The notes beneath the pieces are model-generated. The model was not told the DNA's origin. It made no database searches and saw only the letters and a program-made list of their open reading frames with translations. A stretch of DNA of 64,000 nucleotides, taken from contig CAUYUJ010000336.1 of NCBI GenBank assembly GCA_963575745.1, positions 248,001-312,000 of the forward strand, read 5' to 3'. Positions 34,751 through 46,945 of the stretch are shown here, in pieces (position 1 is the stretch's first letter; each line of letters opens with the position of its first letter). Source of the stretch: Prorocentrum cordatum (taxonomy: Eukaryota). The translations under genes were made by a program, and so were the position numbers.

Positions 34751-35417
34751 GTCGCCCTTCTCTCGGCATACATTTTGGGGTCTCGGGGCCTGCGGCGGGC
34801 CGAGTCCCCACGGCGCGTGGCGAGGGAAGAGGCACGTAGCGCAGGAGCTGGCACCCCGCCGCCGCGGGTGACGACACCGATGCCGCGTGTCGCGGAGTCC
34901 TGTAAGAATTCCCCCCTTTCGTCCCCCTCTCCTCCGTGCCTTTCCTTCCCTCCTCCTTCAACCACGCCCTCTTTCCCTTCTTCTTAACCTTCTCCCCACC
35001 CCTCCCACACCATTGGGGAGGAGAAGGGAGGGAGCTAACTGGGTCGGTCTGAGCTGCGACGTGACTGCATGCGGCTGATAGGGGTCGGCTTTGGATCCGC
35101 TTTGCGAGAAGGGGGGGGAGGGAAAAGAGGACGGGGAGGGGCAGGGAATGGAAGGGGAGGGGGGACGGGAGGGAGATTGTGACGAATGTGGGGGAGGGGC
35201 AGGAGGAGATCCAATGCGAATGGTGTTCGGATTCAGACGGCTCTCGTTGATTTGATGATTGGTGGCGTTTGTGCGAGCTACAGTTTCGGTTGCGAGGCGA
35301 ACCCATTGCCGCTGTCTCATGCAGGATCGGGCCAGCGAAGCCGTGCCTTGCGCAACCGGGATATCCAGATTTTTTTTTGACGCTGGCCAGGGCCTTGCTG
35401 CGCCGCAGAGGCGGCAG

Positions 35418-35460
35418 GCTGGGCTCACGGACCTCGCAAGCAGCTCAGCCGGTATCCACG
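35418..35460 (+). CDS. Candidate channel exon, P2 helix
   Basis: CAG acceptor, phase 0, AGLTDLASSSAGIH. Fills the gap between TLDDW and S6. The donor is ambiguous (35452 GT, 35461 GC or 35468 GTGAGT). Confidence 0.45.
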
Positions 35461-36049
35461 GCTTCTCGTGAGTGACTTCCGGTCCAGGGTAAGTAGAACC
35501 CCCCCCCGCATTCGTCCGAGCCTTGTTGCAACCACAGTCACCCAGCTTCTAATCCAACCCAATCTTGCCCCATCCAGTCCAAACCAATCCATTTCTTCGG
35601 GCCCAATCCATCCCACTGCGGTCCAGGCCATTCCAGCCCAGTGCCCCCATCTCTTCCTGCTCTAGCTCATGTCCCTCTTTCTCTTCCACTGTCGGTCTAC
35701 GTCTCCGAGCTCGTGGCCAAGCAGATGCCCATCATCGCGGCGGGCTGGCAGTGAAGAGGGGCAGCGGGGCATGCCTGAGCTCGGCCTCGGCGAGAGGCCT
35801 GGGCGGAGGAGCTGCAGAGAGTTGGGAGTGGCTCAGGCGTGCAGCCTTCGGATCGACGCCTCCCAAATATCCCAAACATGCGTACCAAGACTATGCGTGC
35901 GTCGCCCCGAAGGGGGCGACGCGCGCGCGCCGAGAACCGTACCGCTCGGGAAACGATGGCCGAGAGATCCTTTTCCTTCTCGTTTCCCCCTATCGCTCGC
36001 CGCCGACTCAGGGCGCGGTGGCGGATCAAGACTGCCAAATTGAGAGTTC

Positions 36050-36087
36050 CTCCTCATTATCGTCCTCATCATCATCATCAGCATCGC

Positions 36088-36120
<33 letters not shown>

Positions 36121-36163
36121 AATCATAATCATCATCACCATCATCATCATCATCACCACCATT

Positions 36164-36194
<31 letters not shown>

Positions 36195-36240
36195 CCACCA
36201 TCATCATCATCAGCATCATCATCATCATCATCATCATCCG
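36050..36240. repeat. (CAT)n microsatellite
   Basis: Visible run. Confidence 0.95.
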
Positions 36241-38349
36241 TCTGACCCCTATCGGCGCCAGCATCGCAAAGCGTGCGCGGTCCCACTCCGACACCTCGAC
36301 CGACTCCACCAACTCGTAGCAGATGTCACCGTGCTGCTGGTGCACCTGCGCTGCCCTCGATCGATTCCCGCTTGTACTGTATGTTCGGGTCGGACGCATA
36401 CCTCCGACGAGGACACACAGTACTAGTACGTCTTTCTGCGTCCCACGGGATGCGAATAGATCACTCGACTGCGTTGTGAACACTCTCAGAGCGTTCCGGA
36501 GCGCCCTGGAACGTCCGCGGCGCCCGCTGGACCCTCCCGACTCGCCAGCGCTTAGAGACCCCAGAGTTGACCATATCCGATTGTTTTGGGATTCGAACTG
36601 CTCGGCTCGGATTCGACTCGAGGAACTGTTGGCGCGACACTCGGAGGGAGCGGGATGGAAGGGAGCATGCGTGGGGGAGGGCAGGCGTTTTGGGACGGGC
36701 GGATGTATGGACAAGTGCGTTTCGAGGGCGCTCTTGTTGGTGGTCGGAGCCCTCTTGGGGTCCTTCCGGGCTCTACTTGGAGCTACATTGGACGATCTTG
36801 GAAGCATCTTGAGGTATCAGAAGCCCAGAAAGGCCAGAAAGTCAAGATCGTCTTTGAATTGTTTTGCGCCATCTTGGGGGGGCTTGCAATTGATAGTGTC
36901 CTTATGTGGGGCTGCTCTTGGGCTCTCTGTGGCCCTCTTGCAGCCCTTTCAGGGCTCTCCTGGGGCGATCCTCGGGATGTTCGGAGCACCACTTGTAGCT
37001 ATCTTAGGCGACCTTGGAACCGTCTTGAGACTTCAAAAGCCCATCGGATTCAAAAAGGCGAGAAGGCCGATATCATTGAGACACCTCAGGTATTCGATGG
37101 AGGTTGAGCCTCGTAGGGGTATCTTCGAGAGGCTCCGTGGCCCAGGAATACCAAAAAGGCGCCGTGTGGGTCGCGTCTTGGAGGTGTTGTTGGTGGTTGT
37201 TTGGTAGTTTTTGGGGGGTGCGCCCCGCAATTGGGCATCAACCGTGGAGACGGTCCAGGGACGAATTGGGTGCCCACTTGTCTTCGAGGACCCCCAGGGC
37301 GAGCTAGTGATAAGCATGGTTCACCACCTTTTGTTGGAGGTTCTAGCACGCCTTTGGCTTCGTTGGGCAGGCGCATTGTGTGGGCCCATGAGTGCAAGCC
37401 CAAGATGACTCAAGTTGGATCCCAATTGGATCTCAATGGGATCCCAATAGGATCCCGCATGGCTTCCAGAAAGGTTCCAATAGGTGCCCAGCTGGGTTCC
37501 ATTCGGATCAGTGGCCGTGCCATCGCGTGGAAATCATTGAATCGCTTCGCTCATTCCGCCGGCTCATAACTGCGTGCCGTTGTCGACTGACAGAGTGGTC
37601 TTTCGCGGTGCGGAGCTGCAGGGGCGGCAGCTGTTTTTTTGTATCAGGCTTTGCTTTCGGCATGTGAGGCTTCTTGGTGGCCGCTGGGGGAGTCTTGAAC
37701 GCGTCGCGGGCCGTCCGGAAGCGTTTTGCTTATGGGGACTCTTTCGGGAGGCCTCTTGGTGGCCTCGTGGGGACTCTTAAACGCGTCGGGTCGTTGGCAC
37801 TTGCTTGCGTGCTCGGGGGGGGCTCTCTTGGGCCGTCTTGGGGCCCTTTTGGAGGCCTCTTGTGCCCTATTGGGGCGGTCTTGGGGGCCTCTTGGGCCGT
37901 CTTGGGGTGTGGGGAAGCCGAAAAGGTGGAAACACCCAAATCTGTCCCCTAAGGAAACGGGCCTGTTGGGGGCGTCTTGGGGTCCCTTAGGGGCCTCTTG
38001 GGGACTCCTGGGGCCTTCTTAGGGCCGAGAGCTCGAAATGTTGATTCGTGTTTCCCCCTGGGACCTCTCTTGGGGCGTTCTTGGGGCCTTCTTGGGCCGT
38101 CCTGGGATGCGTGTTGGGTCGTCTGGGGGGCCTCTTATGAGCGCCCTGACCCACGACCACCCCCGACGACCCACGACGACCCCCAGCGCTACGACGACAC
38201 ACGGCGAACCCCCGTTCGCCGCCGACGGTCCCCGCTCCTTCCGCCCCCCGCCCGCCCCCGACGCGCGCGCTTGCGTGCTGTTGCTTTTGCCGCTTCCCCT
38301 CTCCTCCTGCTTGGTTGTGTCTGCTCGTCGCGTTTTTCTCTTCCTCGCC

Positions 38350-38387
<38 letters not shown>

Positions 38388-38657
38388 ATCCCAAGGGGGG
38401 CGAGCCCCCGCGGGGTTCCTCCATGCAAAGTCCTTGCCCAGGGTGAACATGTGCGGGCCCACCGCCAGGCGCCACACGATGGCCGCCTCCGCGACCGCGA
38501 GCACACGATGGCCTCGTCGGAGACCGCGGCCACGGCAGCTGGCCCACGCACGACACAGGCACTCGGCGGGCGCGGCGGGCGCGGCGCTTGGCGCCGCATT
38601 TTGCCGACCAGGCGTTGGCGGGGCACCCTGCTGCGGCCTGCGGTGGCGGGAATGCCG

Positions 38658-40804
38658 TCAGCAACCTTCCTCGCTGACGAGTTCGCGAAGCAACCCATCA
38701 AAGTGGGCCAACGACAAGGTGTCGGAGACTGGATACTCCCACTGGGTCACACCAGCGCCGCGGTTGAAGAAGTAGGTGTCGCCTGATCTCTCATCCACTG
38801 CACTCTCCCATCCTGCAGGGAGCAGCTGCGGGGCGGCGCGCGTCGCGCCGCCGCGCCTCCCCGAGAGCGGCGGCTCCGTCGGCACCACGCCCGAGAACGC
38901 AGTGAAGCGGTTCGCCTCGGCGTCATGCGCGCCGACGCCGCAGGTCGACTCAGGAGCGCGCGGGCTTGGCCCCGAGGAGGCCGCGGCCTCCTGGGCGGCA
39001 GCAGACGTAGAGCACTCAAGGGATGGCTCCCTGGAGGCCCAGGGGGTTGGGCAGCGGAGGCGAGGCCTGCAATGCCCGTCAATCTCCGCAGTGAGAGTCA
39101 CACATGCATCTTGTCGCTCGGGCTGTTTGCCTTCTCGGCGAAAGCGGCGGCGCTCGGCGGGCGCCTCAGCGAGCGCGGCAAAGCCGGGCGGCTCCGCTGG
39201 GGGGAAGACTGCCGGCGTGCCCCCAACTCCTTCGGCCGCGCCCTCCCGCACCTCCAGCTCCTCGTCGCTCGAGGGTGCCTCGAAAAGCTGCTCCACGAAT
39301 GCCTTCTCAATTGACTCCTCCAGGTTTCCCTCTACTTTCTCGCAGGACGACGTCTGGGCCTCCAGCCTGACCCTGCTGAGCGCTGCCACTGCCGCCTCTT
39401 CTCGAACGAGTGCATCGCAGACTGTATCTGATGACGTTTGGCCCAAAGTAGCACCACTGCCGACTGCCACTGTCTCTACTTGCAGGTCCTTCACCGAAAC
39501 ACCAAACTCGAAGCTGATGGCGTCGGGCCTCTTGGGCCCCTTCTCGCATTGACGGCCCTGCTGCCACTGGCGGCCATTCTCAGGCCTCTCCTGCCGCTGA
39601 CGCCCCTTCTCGCACAGATCTTCACTGCGAGCGCGGCGGCGCTCGGCGGGCGCCTGATGCCCCGAGCCTGCAACCCAACCATTATTGAAGGAAAGGCGAG
39701 AAGAGGAGGCAGAATTACACGAAAGTGAAGATGCACCGTGTTGTTTGTGCCGAGCGCTTTGCGCACGCTCAGGTTTTGCACGCTTTGCACGCGCCAGGTT
39801 TTGGCAAGTTACTGCATCGCAACACGCCTGGCTTGTGATTGCACCGCCCTCCGCCGATGGACAACCAACAATGCAGCTGATGGCATCGGGATCGTGCTTC
39901 AATGAACCACCACCCCTGAAGCTGACGGCATCGGGCTCGTGCTTCGGAGCACCGCCGCCCACGTGGCTTATGGTGTCGGGCTCGTACTCTGCAGGGCCTG
40001 CTGCAGCTGCTCGCCGCCCTCGCCAACCTTCTTGAGCCCATCGCTTTCCACCCTGTCCCCTGCGGGGCAGGGACCATAGAGCGGGCCTGGCTCGCCTGCG
40101 CCAGACGCCGAGCTGATGACGTTGGGCTCCACTGCCTGCCACTTCTCGCATTCCACCCTGGCCCCCGCAGCGCAGGGGTCATGGGGCGGGCCTGGCTCGC
40201 CTTCACCAGTAACCAGCCTGATAACGTTGGGCTCCACTGCCTGCAGCTTGTCGCAATCCACCCTGCTCCCCGCCACGCGGGGGTCCTGAGGCGGGCCTGG
40301 CTCGACTTCGCCTGCCGACACTTGCCGCCCAGCGCTGGACCTGAAAATATCGGGCTGCACTTCTCGAGTGGGAATGTTGTGAAGAGGAAGAGAACCACGG
40401 AAGAGAGAGTGAGGCCCCAAGAATTCGCAATCCTCCATCCAGGCTTCGAGGCCTGGTAGAATTCCGAATGCTGGGAAGAGCATGCATGCATCTGCGTCCA
40501 AGTTGGTACTGAGCTGGCTATCCTCTTTACCAGCCTCACCACACGCGCTATCGCATGCCTGGGCTGGCGCAAAGACGGGAGCTGAAGGATTAAACTGAGA
40601 CCAGTGGGTGGCCTTTGCACTGCAACCGACGCTGATTCTACAAGCAGCTCTCCATAAGACGCATATGTCATGCGGATTGCACCTGAACTTCCTAGTTCTG
40701 CACGCATAGCCCAGCCTCCTCATTGCTTTTGTAGCCGCACTTTGCGGCCTCCACACGGAACGCGCGGGTAATATCTCGTGGCCAGGCATCTCAGAAGAAT
40801 ACAC
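38658..40804 (-). pseudogene. Intronless frameshifted ORF with a PAM2-like motif, internal repeats and a C-terminal WW domain
   Basis: FNPSAPVFAP at ~40563-40597; WW LPAGWESAVDERSGDTYFFNRGAGVTQWEYP at ~38730-38826; repeated QAVEPNVI and EPDAISF units. Confidence 0.6.
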
Positions 40805-41359
40805 GGCAGAGACGAAAGAGGCAAGATCGAGAGATCAATGAGACTCCATCGTTGCGGGCCAAGCCGAGCGGGGCTGGCCGCGCGGGGTCACCCTGCGGGG
40901 CGGCGGGCGCGCGGTGGGGGGGCGCCGCGCCCCGTTTCGATTACGGCAACGCCTCCTCGCCTTCCTCCTTCTCCTCCTCCCTCCCTCTCCGGGCGGCACA
41001 GCCTGCCCAGAGCCGGCTTCGCCAGACAGCGTGGAGCCATTTTGTGCGTCTTGGAGCGATCTTGTGGCATCTCGGAGCTCTCTTGTATCTTCTTGAGGGG
41101 CTCTTGGCGGCCTTTTGGCCTTTCTTAGGGCTCTCTGGACGGCCTCGAGGGCGACGCCCAGGAGGAAAACCATATCTGACCCGCAGCGCCCGGGCTTCGC
41201 CTGGGGTACTTTTCTTCTGCGGACCCCCAGGGGCCGCCCCGCGCGGGCTAAGTTGAGTCATTGTAAAGCAGTTACCGGAGATCTTAGCACGCCTCTGGCC
41301 CGCTGGGCCGGCGAATCTATGATATGTAGCACTCCGCAGTTGCGGACAAGAGTGAGGGG

Positions 41360-41570
41360 GCGGGCGCGGAGTTGGTCGCGGGTGAGTCGCGGGGGGGTCT
41401 CGAGGGTAGCGGGTGGATCGCGGGTGGGTCGCGGGGGGGTCGCGGGGTGGGTCGCGGGGTGGGTCGCGGATGGGTCGCGGGTGGGTCGCGGGTGGGTCGC
41501 GGGTGGGTCGCGGGTGGGTCGCGGGATGTGTCGCGGATGGGTCGCGGGTGTGTCGTGGGTGGGTCGCAGG
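41360..41570 (-). repeat. (GGGTCGCGGG/T)n decamer array, inverted relative to 26820-27020
   Basis: Directly visible. Confidence 0.88.
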
Positions 41571-43454
41571 CAGGGTCAAGAAGGGTGAGACAACGGCAAC
41601 AAACAACGCAGCAACAAGAACACCAACAACAACAGTAGCAACAACAACAATCATATTAATAAGGGTCGTTCCTACTTGTTCGCGGCTCATTCAGCACGTC
41701 TATCCCAAACCCTCGGTACCCGCCCGAAGGAGGATGGAACTCGAGAGAGAGTAGCAGGAGGTGGGCTAGGAACAGAAAACACGTGGCATAACCAAGCGGG
41801 CAGATTGGACGGGTAGCCTCTAACGGGCGGGCGGGGAAGGCGGGCCCAGGCCGCCAGGTCGAGCAGGCGGGTTGTTGAAGCGTGCGTCCTGCATGAATCG
41901 CGAGGTAGTCCAGAGCGATAGCGCTATTCCCAAATAAACCGTCAAGAATTTCGCAGCGAGAGCGCGAGTCCTGGGTGTGGAAGGCGCGGCGTTTGAATAC
42001 ATTGCGAGGAAATGCCACGCGAGAGCGCGATTCCTGCATACAATGTGAGCACGTCCCGCGCGAGAGTGCGATGGGGGAGTCACTTGGGAGGAAGTACCAG
42101 GCGGGAACCGCTGTTGTTGTAGTCCAGGGGCCAACACCGCAGGTGCAGGCCTTGGGAGAAGCATTTTAGTTGAACGCATCGAATGGTTACTGCGCAAGGT
42201 GGTCAACGATACGTATTCTTCAGAAGTACTAGTTCATCATCAACAAGAACAGTCTGCACCGCGGAACCTTTTTTTAGCTACGCGCCCAGGGACAGTGAAT
42301 GACCTTTCGCCCCCTTCACTCTGATGAGTAATGTCCGCGCCCCCTCGTGGAAAGTATGCACTTTGTGTCCGCGCATGTTTTTGATGATGATTGTATAGGT
42401 CCGGAACATTCCCCTCACAGAAATCGAAGATTCCAATGTTTCGTGATATTGGTAATTCTGCGGGGGATCCTAATTGCTTCCTGGAGTGCGTGTGTGTGTG
42501 TGTGTGTTGTTGGCCTTGGTGCTGGTGCGACCTACCTGTGCCGGGGCATCGGCGGCTCAGCCCTTCGCTCGCGCCACAATCGCGGGTCTCTTTTCTTTCT
42601 CATCATGTCGCATGAGCCACGAGTTAGCACCCATGCTTCTGCGACCTCCAGATTTCTCGGGGTGGAATTCTTGGGTGGACTATGGGCGTATGCTGTCGGA
42701 TGGGGTTTCCCGCTCGAACGGGAGCACCCCGCGTGGCCCGACGACTCGCACCCATGCCTACAGCACTTTCATCGCCCTGCCCTCCTCCATTCCCCTGCCC
42801 TTCTGTCAACATCTACAAGCACACCTTCCCTTCGCCTCCCCGCCATCCTCATCCCATCCCTCGCCGTCTCCACCCTGTCCCTCTCCCCGCGTCCGTCGCC
42901 TCGCGCCTCCGCCCCCCGGCCTCGGGCAGACAGCAGCGCGCAGTCCGAAGGTGGGGCTTTTCTATGCGGGAGGCCTGGCGGCATTTCTGGCGGTGCGCGG
43001 GGCCCCCTTCGCCCGATCGAAACGTCCGGCACGCAGCAGTTGCTGCCACTGTCCCGAGCGACCCCGCCCTCCAGCAAAGGTGAGCGGAATGGGAGGCAAA
43101 GGTGATGAAGGAGGGGAGCGGCGGTGACGACGAGGGGATAAGAGAGGGCGGTCGGAGGATGATAATACTATTCTTTTGGTAACGCCCGAAAGGCTTGCCA
43201 CATCATTGTCTTCTCCTCCTCTTCCAATTCTTTCTCCTCTTCCTCGTGCTCATCCGTCCTTCTTCTGCTTGTCCTCCTTCTCCTTCCTTCCTCCTCCCTC
43301 CCTCCCTCCCTCCCTTCCTCTTTCCCTCCTGCTCTTTCCTCCTGCTCCTCCCTCCTGCTCCTCCTTGTTCCTCTTTCCCTCCCTTCCTCTTGCGAACGTG
43401 CTGGGTGGGAACGTTCAACCTCCTCCTGTTCCTTCTCCACTTTGGCTCCGCAAG

Positions 43455-43882
43455 CGGAGCTGGCGGTCCCGTTCATCGTGGTGGTGGGGTTCGTGATGCT
43501 GTCCCTCTTCAGCGGCGTCTGGGTTGACCACATGAACGACATGAGGCTGAAGGAGGAGAAGGAGACGCAGCTGCAGGCCATCCACGAGGCGGAGAAGGCC
43601 AACAAGACCTTCCAGACGATCTTCGGCGAGTCGGACGACAGCCCGATGGCCGTCACGAACACCATCGACGAGGATGAGTTCGCGGTCCTCCTGACGCAGC
43701 CTCAGTACAAGGAGGCCGCGGCAGTGAGCGAGATGAACTTCACCCGCTCGGAGGCTAGAGAGCTGTTCGCCTTGTGGGACAGGGAACAGGACGAGCGGCT
43801 CAGCTGGAGCGAGTTCCGCGAGGGCCTGGAGGAATACCGCGAGGGCCTCACCGTCAAGAAAATCCTGGTGATGAAGTCACAG
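43455..43882 (+). CDS. Channel exon: S6, neck and EF-hand pair
   Basis: VPFIVVVGFVMLSLFSGVWVDHM (S6), TIDEDEF and WDREQDERLSWSEF (EF-hand loops); strong GC3 bias; probable GA donor after CAG. Confidence 0.88.
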
Positions 43883-44159
43883 GAGCTAGTTTCTTGTATT
43901 CGCCCCGCCCCTCCCCTCCCCCCCCCTCCCCTCCCCCCCCCGTCCCCTCCCCTCCCCCGTCACGTCCATGACCGGCCCCGCCCCTCCCCTCCCCCCCCCC
44001 GTCACGTCACGTCACGATTCGCGCCAGTGCAGTGTGGGAACTAGCCGTTCGCAAGAATTCCCAAACGGCGCTGGCGCGAATCGTGACTACAGGCCCCCTC
44101 GCCCCCCTCTCCCCCCCCGGTCACGTTTGTGCTCGCCAGGGGATAATATTGTTCCCCAG

Positions 44160-44315
44160 CTGAAGAAGCTAGTGCACTCGCTCGAGAGCGGCGGCGAAGG
44201 CGGGCGGAAGTTCCTGCCCCTCCTCCGGGCCTCGCCCGGGGTGGAGCACCAGCTGGAGCAGGCCGACGCAAGGCTGCGTGCGTGCGAGGAGAGGATGCTC
44301 GCGTTCGAGGACCAG
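44160..44315 (+). CDS. Channel exon: C-terminal coiled coil
   Basis: CCCCAG acceptor and CAG|GC donor; LKKLVHSLE...LEQADARLRACEERMLAFEDQ. Confidence 0.75.
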
Positions 44316-44784
44316 GCCCGGGCGCCAGGGCTCGACCTAACCAGTCCTAGGCCTCCAATGTGGGTCCGGAGGACCGCGCCCGACCGACGATGCATTAGCG
44401 TTGCATCGCTGATGCATCGGCGATGCATTGGCGATGCGGCTCGATCATCCGAGCCCATCTACTCGGACCCCCATCTAGCCTCTAGCGCTGTTTGGGGATT
44501 CCGTGGGCCTTTTCGTTTCGGGCTCGTGATGTAGCAAAGGTGGAGCGACGACGAAACGAGGGAACACGAAGACACAGCGAACACGCACAAGTAACACTTT
44601 TTGGGTCGAACCCTGCTGGGCGCTGTTTGAGGTGACGGCCTCCCTGGTCCCCATGGGGTGGCTCCAGCCACCGGCCTCCAGCGCTCCCCTCAGCGAGGCC
44701 CCATGGGGGGTCCAAAAGTGGCGCACAGGGCTGGGGGCACCCTGGGGGCCCAGCGCCATCCCTCCCTAGCAGACCCCGGCTCAG

Positions 44785-44865
44785 GTCAAGGTGGCGCAGA
44801 AGCTTTGCGCCAGGGAGGCGTCTCTGTGCTCGCCGTTTTCCGCGTGCAGCGGCGGGAGCCCGTAG
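44785..44865 (+). CDS. Probable last coding exon of the channel
   Basis: TCAG|GTC acceptor, phase 0; VKVAQKLCAREASLCSPFSACSGGSP then TAG. Confidence 0.5.
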   Translation, partial: VKVAQKLCAREASLCSPFSACSGGSP

Positions 44866-44908
44866 GTGAGCCCGCCGAGCCACGGCACCCTCCCCCTCCA
44901 GGCCGCCG

Positions 44909-45086
44909 AGATGGGGTCGACTTAGATGGGGTCAGAGGATGGCGCCGCATCGCCGACGCATGGGCGATGCGGCTCGATGTGGAGCCCGATGTTTTCCATG
45001 CCGGCGTCGCCGATGGATCGCCCATGTTTCGGCGATGCGTCGGCGACGCGGCGCGATCCTCCGACCCATCTACTCGGACCCCATCT
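44909..45086. mobile_element. MITE-like foldback element with ~50-bp imperfect TIRs
   Basis: Left arm AGATGGGGTC...AGAGGATGGCGCCGCATCGCCGACGCAT pairs with right arm ATGCGTCGGCGACGCGGCGCGATCCTCCGACCCATCTACTCGGACCCCATCT. A related right arm lies at ~44385-44477. No clear TSD. Confidence 0.7.
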
Positions 45087-45949
45087 GGGAGCCCTCTCAT
45101 CCACCAGGAGGGAGGGGATGAGGAGAAGGGGGGACGCCGGAAGGGAGGAGGCACGGGAGTGAGGGTTCAGCCCTCCGATGTCCCGATCTTGGTCAGCGCT
45201 CGGGCCACAGAGTTCTCGACCCAATCACCGAGGCCGCTATGTCGTCCTCGGCAGTTTTTGTGGTGGTCTCGGAGCCAAGGAAACGACATCCCCCCATCCT
45301 GGGGCTCGGCTGGACTTTCAGCGCGCCAAGGGGAACTCAGCCGTGTCGACGAGAAGCCTCCCTGCGGCACAAGAAGGGCAACGACGGCTGAAATGACCTC
45401 GATCCGAGACCGAGGAGGCGGAGGACAGTGAGGGAGGAGGAGGGGAGAGGAGGGGGGGGGAGGGGGAGGGGATGGGAAGGATGATGAGGGGGGGCAAAGT
45501 TGTAGTCGATGAAACCGCAAACCTGCCACAAACCAGAACAAGGCGCGTGGATTGGCCATGCGTCCAGCTGCCGTGCAAAGTCGACGTGCTCCGTCGCCAA
45601 ACCAGGCCGCGCCGGCCCCAGATTTCGGGAAGGTGTTCTCCCCGAGCCGTGGATCTGGCGGCCTGGTGCCAGACCCGCGGAGCCGCAGCTCGTGTCAGCG
45701 CGTCCCTTCCAGCGGGGGGGGCATCTGTTTGGACCGCTGCATTGGTGCATTGGTCACTGCAACGGCACCTCTCTGTGACCGAACTGCACGAATGCCTGCA
45801 GGAGAATGCGGGTACGTGCTCCCAACCATCTCGTGGCGAAGGGTCCTCGTTTTGGAGAGGCAGCGCCCTGCGTTCACTCCTTTCTCCAACTGCCCCTTCC
45901 TCCCTCCTCTCATCCCTGGCTCCTCGTCCCTGCCTCTGCTCTCCGCAAG

Positions 45950-46640
45950 TCAACCATGTCGGCACACCCCTCACACGCTTTGTGGCCCCAGGAGGGTGGT
46001 GTCGCATGCGGTTATCCACCCATGTCGGCACACCCCGCACACGTTCCATGGCCCCATAGGGAGCTCCGTCGAAGCCCCTAGAATGGTGGTTTTGCATGCG
46101 TTTCTCTACCCGTGTCGGCACACTCCTCACACGATGTTGTGCCCCCAGAGGGAGTTTCCTTCACCCATCGGAGGTTGGCTTCGCATGTGGTTCTCCGCAT
46201 ATTTCGGCACACCCCTGGCACGTTCCGTGGTCCCACATGGAGCTCCACCGACGTCCCCAGGAGGGGGGGTCGCATGCAGTTCTCCTTCCATGTCGGCGCA
46301 CCCCTCACACGTCACGTGGCCCCACAGGGAGCTCCACCGAGGCGCTCAGGAAGAGGGTTTTGCATGCGGTTCTCCACCTATTGAGACACACCCGTCGCAC
46401 GTCTTGTGGCCCCATGGGGGACTCCACCGGGCGCCAGGGAGGGTGTTTTCGCATGCTGTTCTCGGCCTGTTTCGGCACACCCCTCACACTTTTCGTGGCC
46501 CCACAAGGAGCTCTATCAGAGTCCCCACAGGCAGCCCCACCGAAGGCCCCAGTGGCAGGGCTGGCATTCGTCCCCGTTCCCATTTCGGCACACCCCTCAC
46601 GTATCGTGGCCCCATGGGGGCTACACCGAAAGCGGTACCC
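45950..46640. repeat. Degenerate ~80-90 bp tandem repeat (CGGCACACCCCTCACACG..GTGGCCCCA.AGGGAGCTCC)
   Basis: About 8 recognisable units. Confidence 0.85.
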
Positions 46641-46821
46641 ACAATCGCTGCACTAAACATTGCACATGGCTTGGTCCTTCGACAGGAGAATTCATTTTCA
46701 CACTTGCCGCAACCCGCTGCAGCGATGCGCGTCTGGAGGGTAGACGCTCGAGCGTCGACCTAAGGCTTGGCAGGCTTTCCGCACGAATGGCTCGGGGCAA
46801 CATGCCCGTTCTGTTCGGGAG

Positions 46822-46945
46822 CTTCCTCCTCCTCCTCCTCCTCCTCCTCGTCCTCCTCCTCCTCCTCCTCCTCCTCCTCCTCCTCCTCCTCCTCCTCCTA
46901 CTCGCTCCTTTTCCTCCTCCTCCTCCTCCTCCTCCTCCTCCTCTT
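46822..46945. repeat. (CCT)n microsatellite
   Basis: Visible run. Confidence 0.95.

Noticed and set aside
41033..41046. GGAGCCATTTTG as a fourth SL relic
   Set aside because: Only a ~10-nt core matches, and it lies in a low-complexity repeat where similar words are common.
42315..42370. CTGATGA...GAAA hammerhead ribozyme core
   Set aside because: Stem II does not close and stem I pairs poorly.
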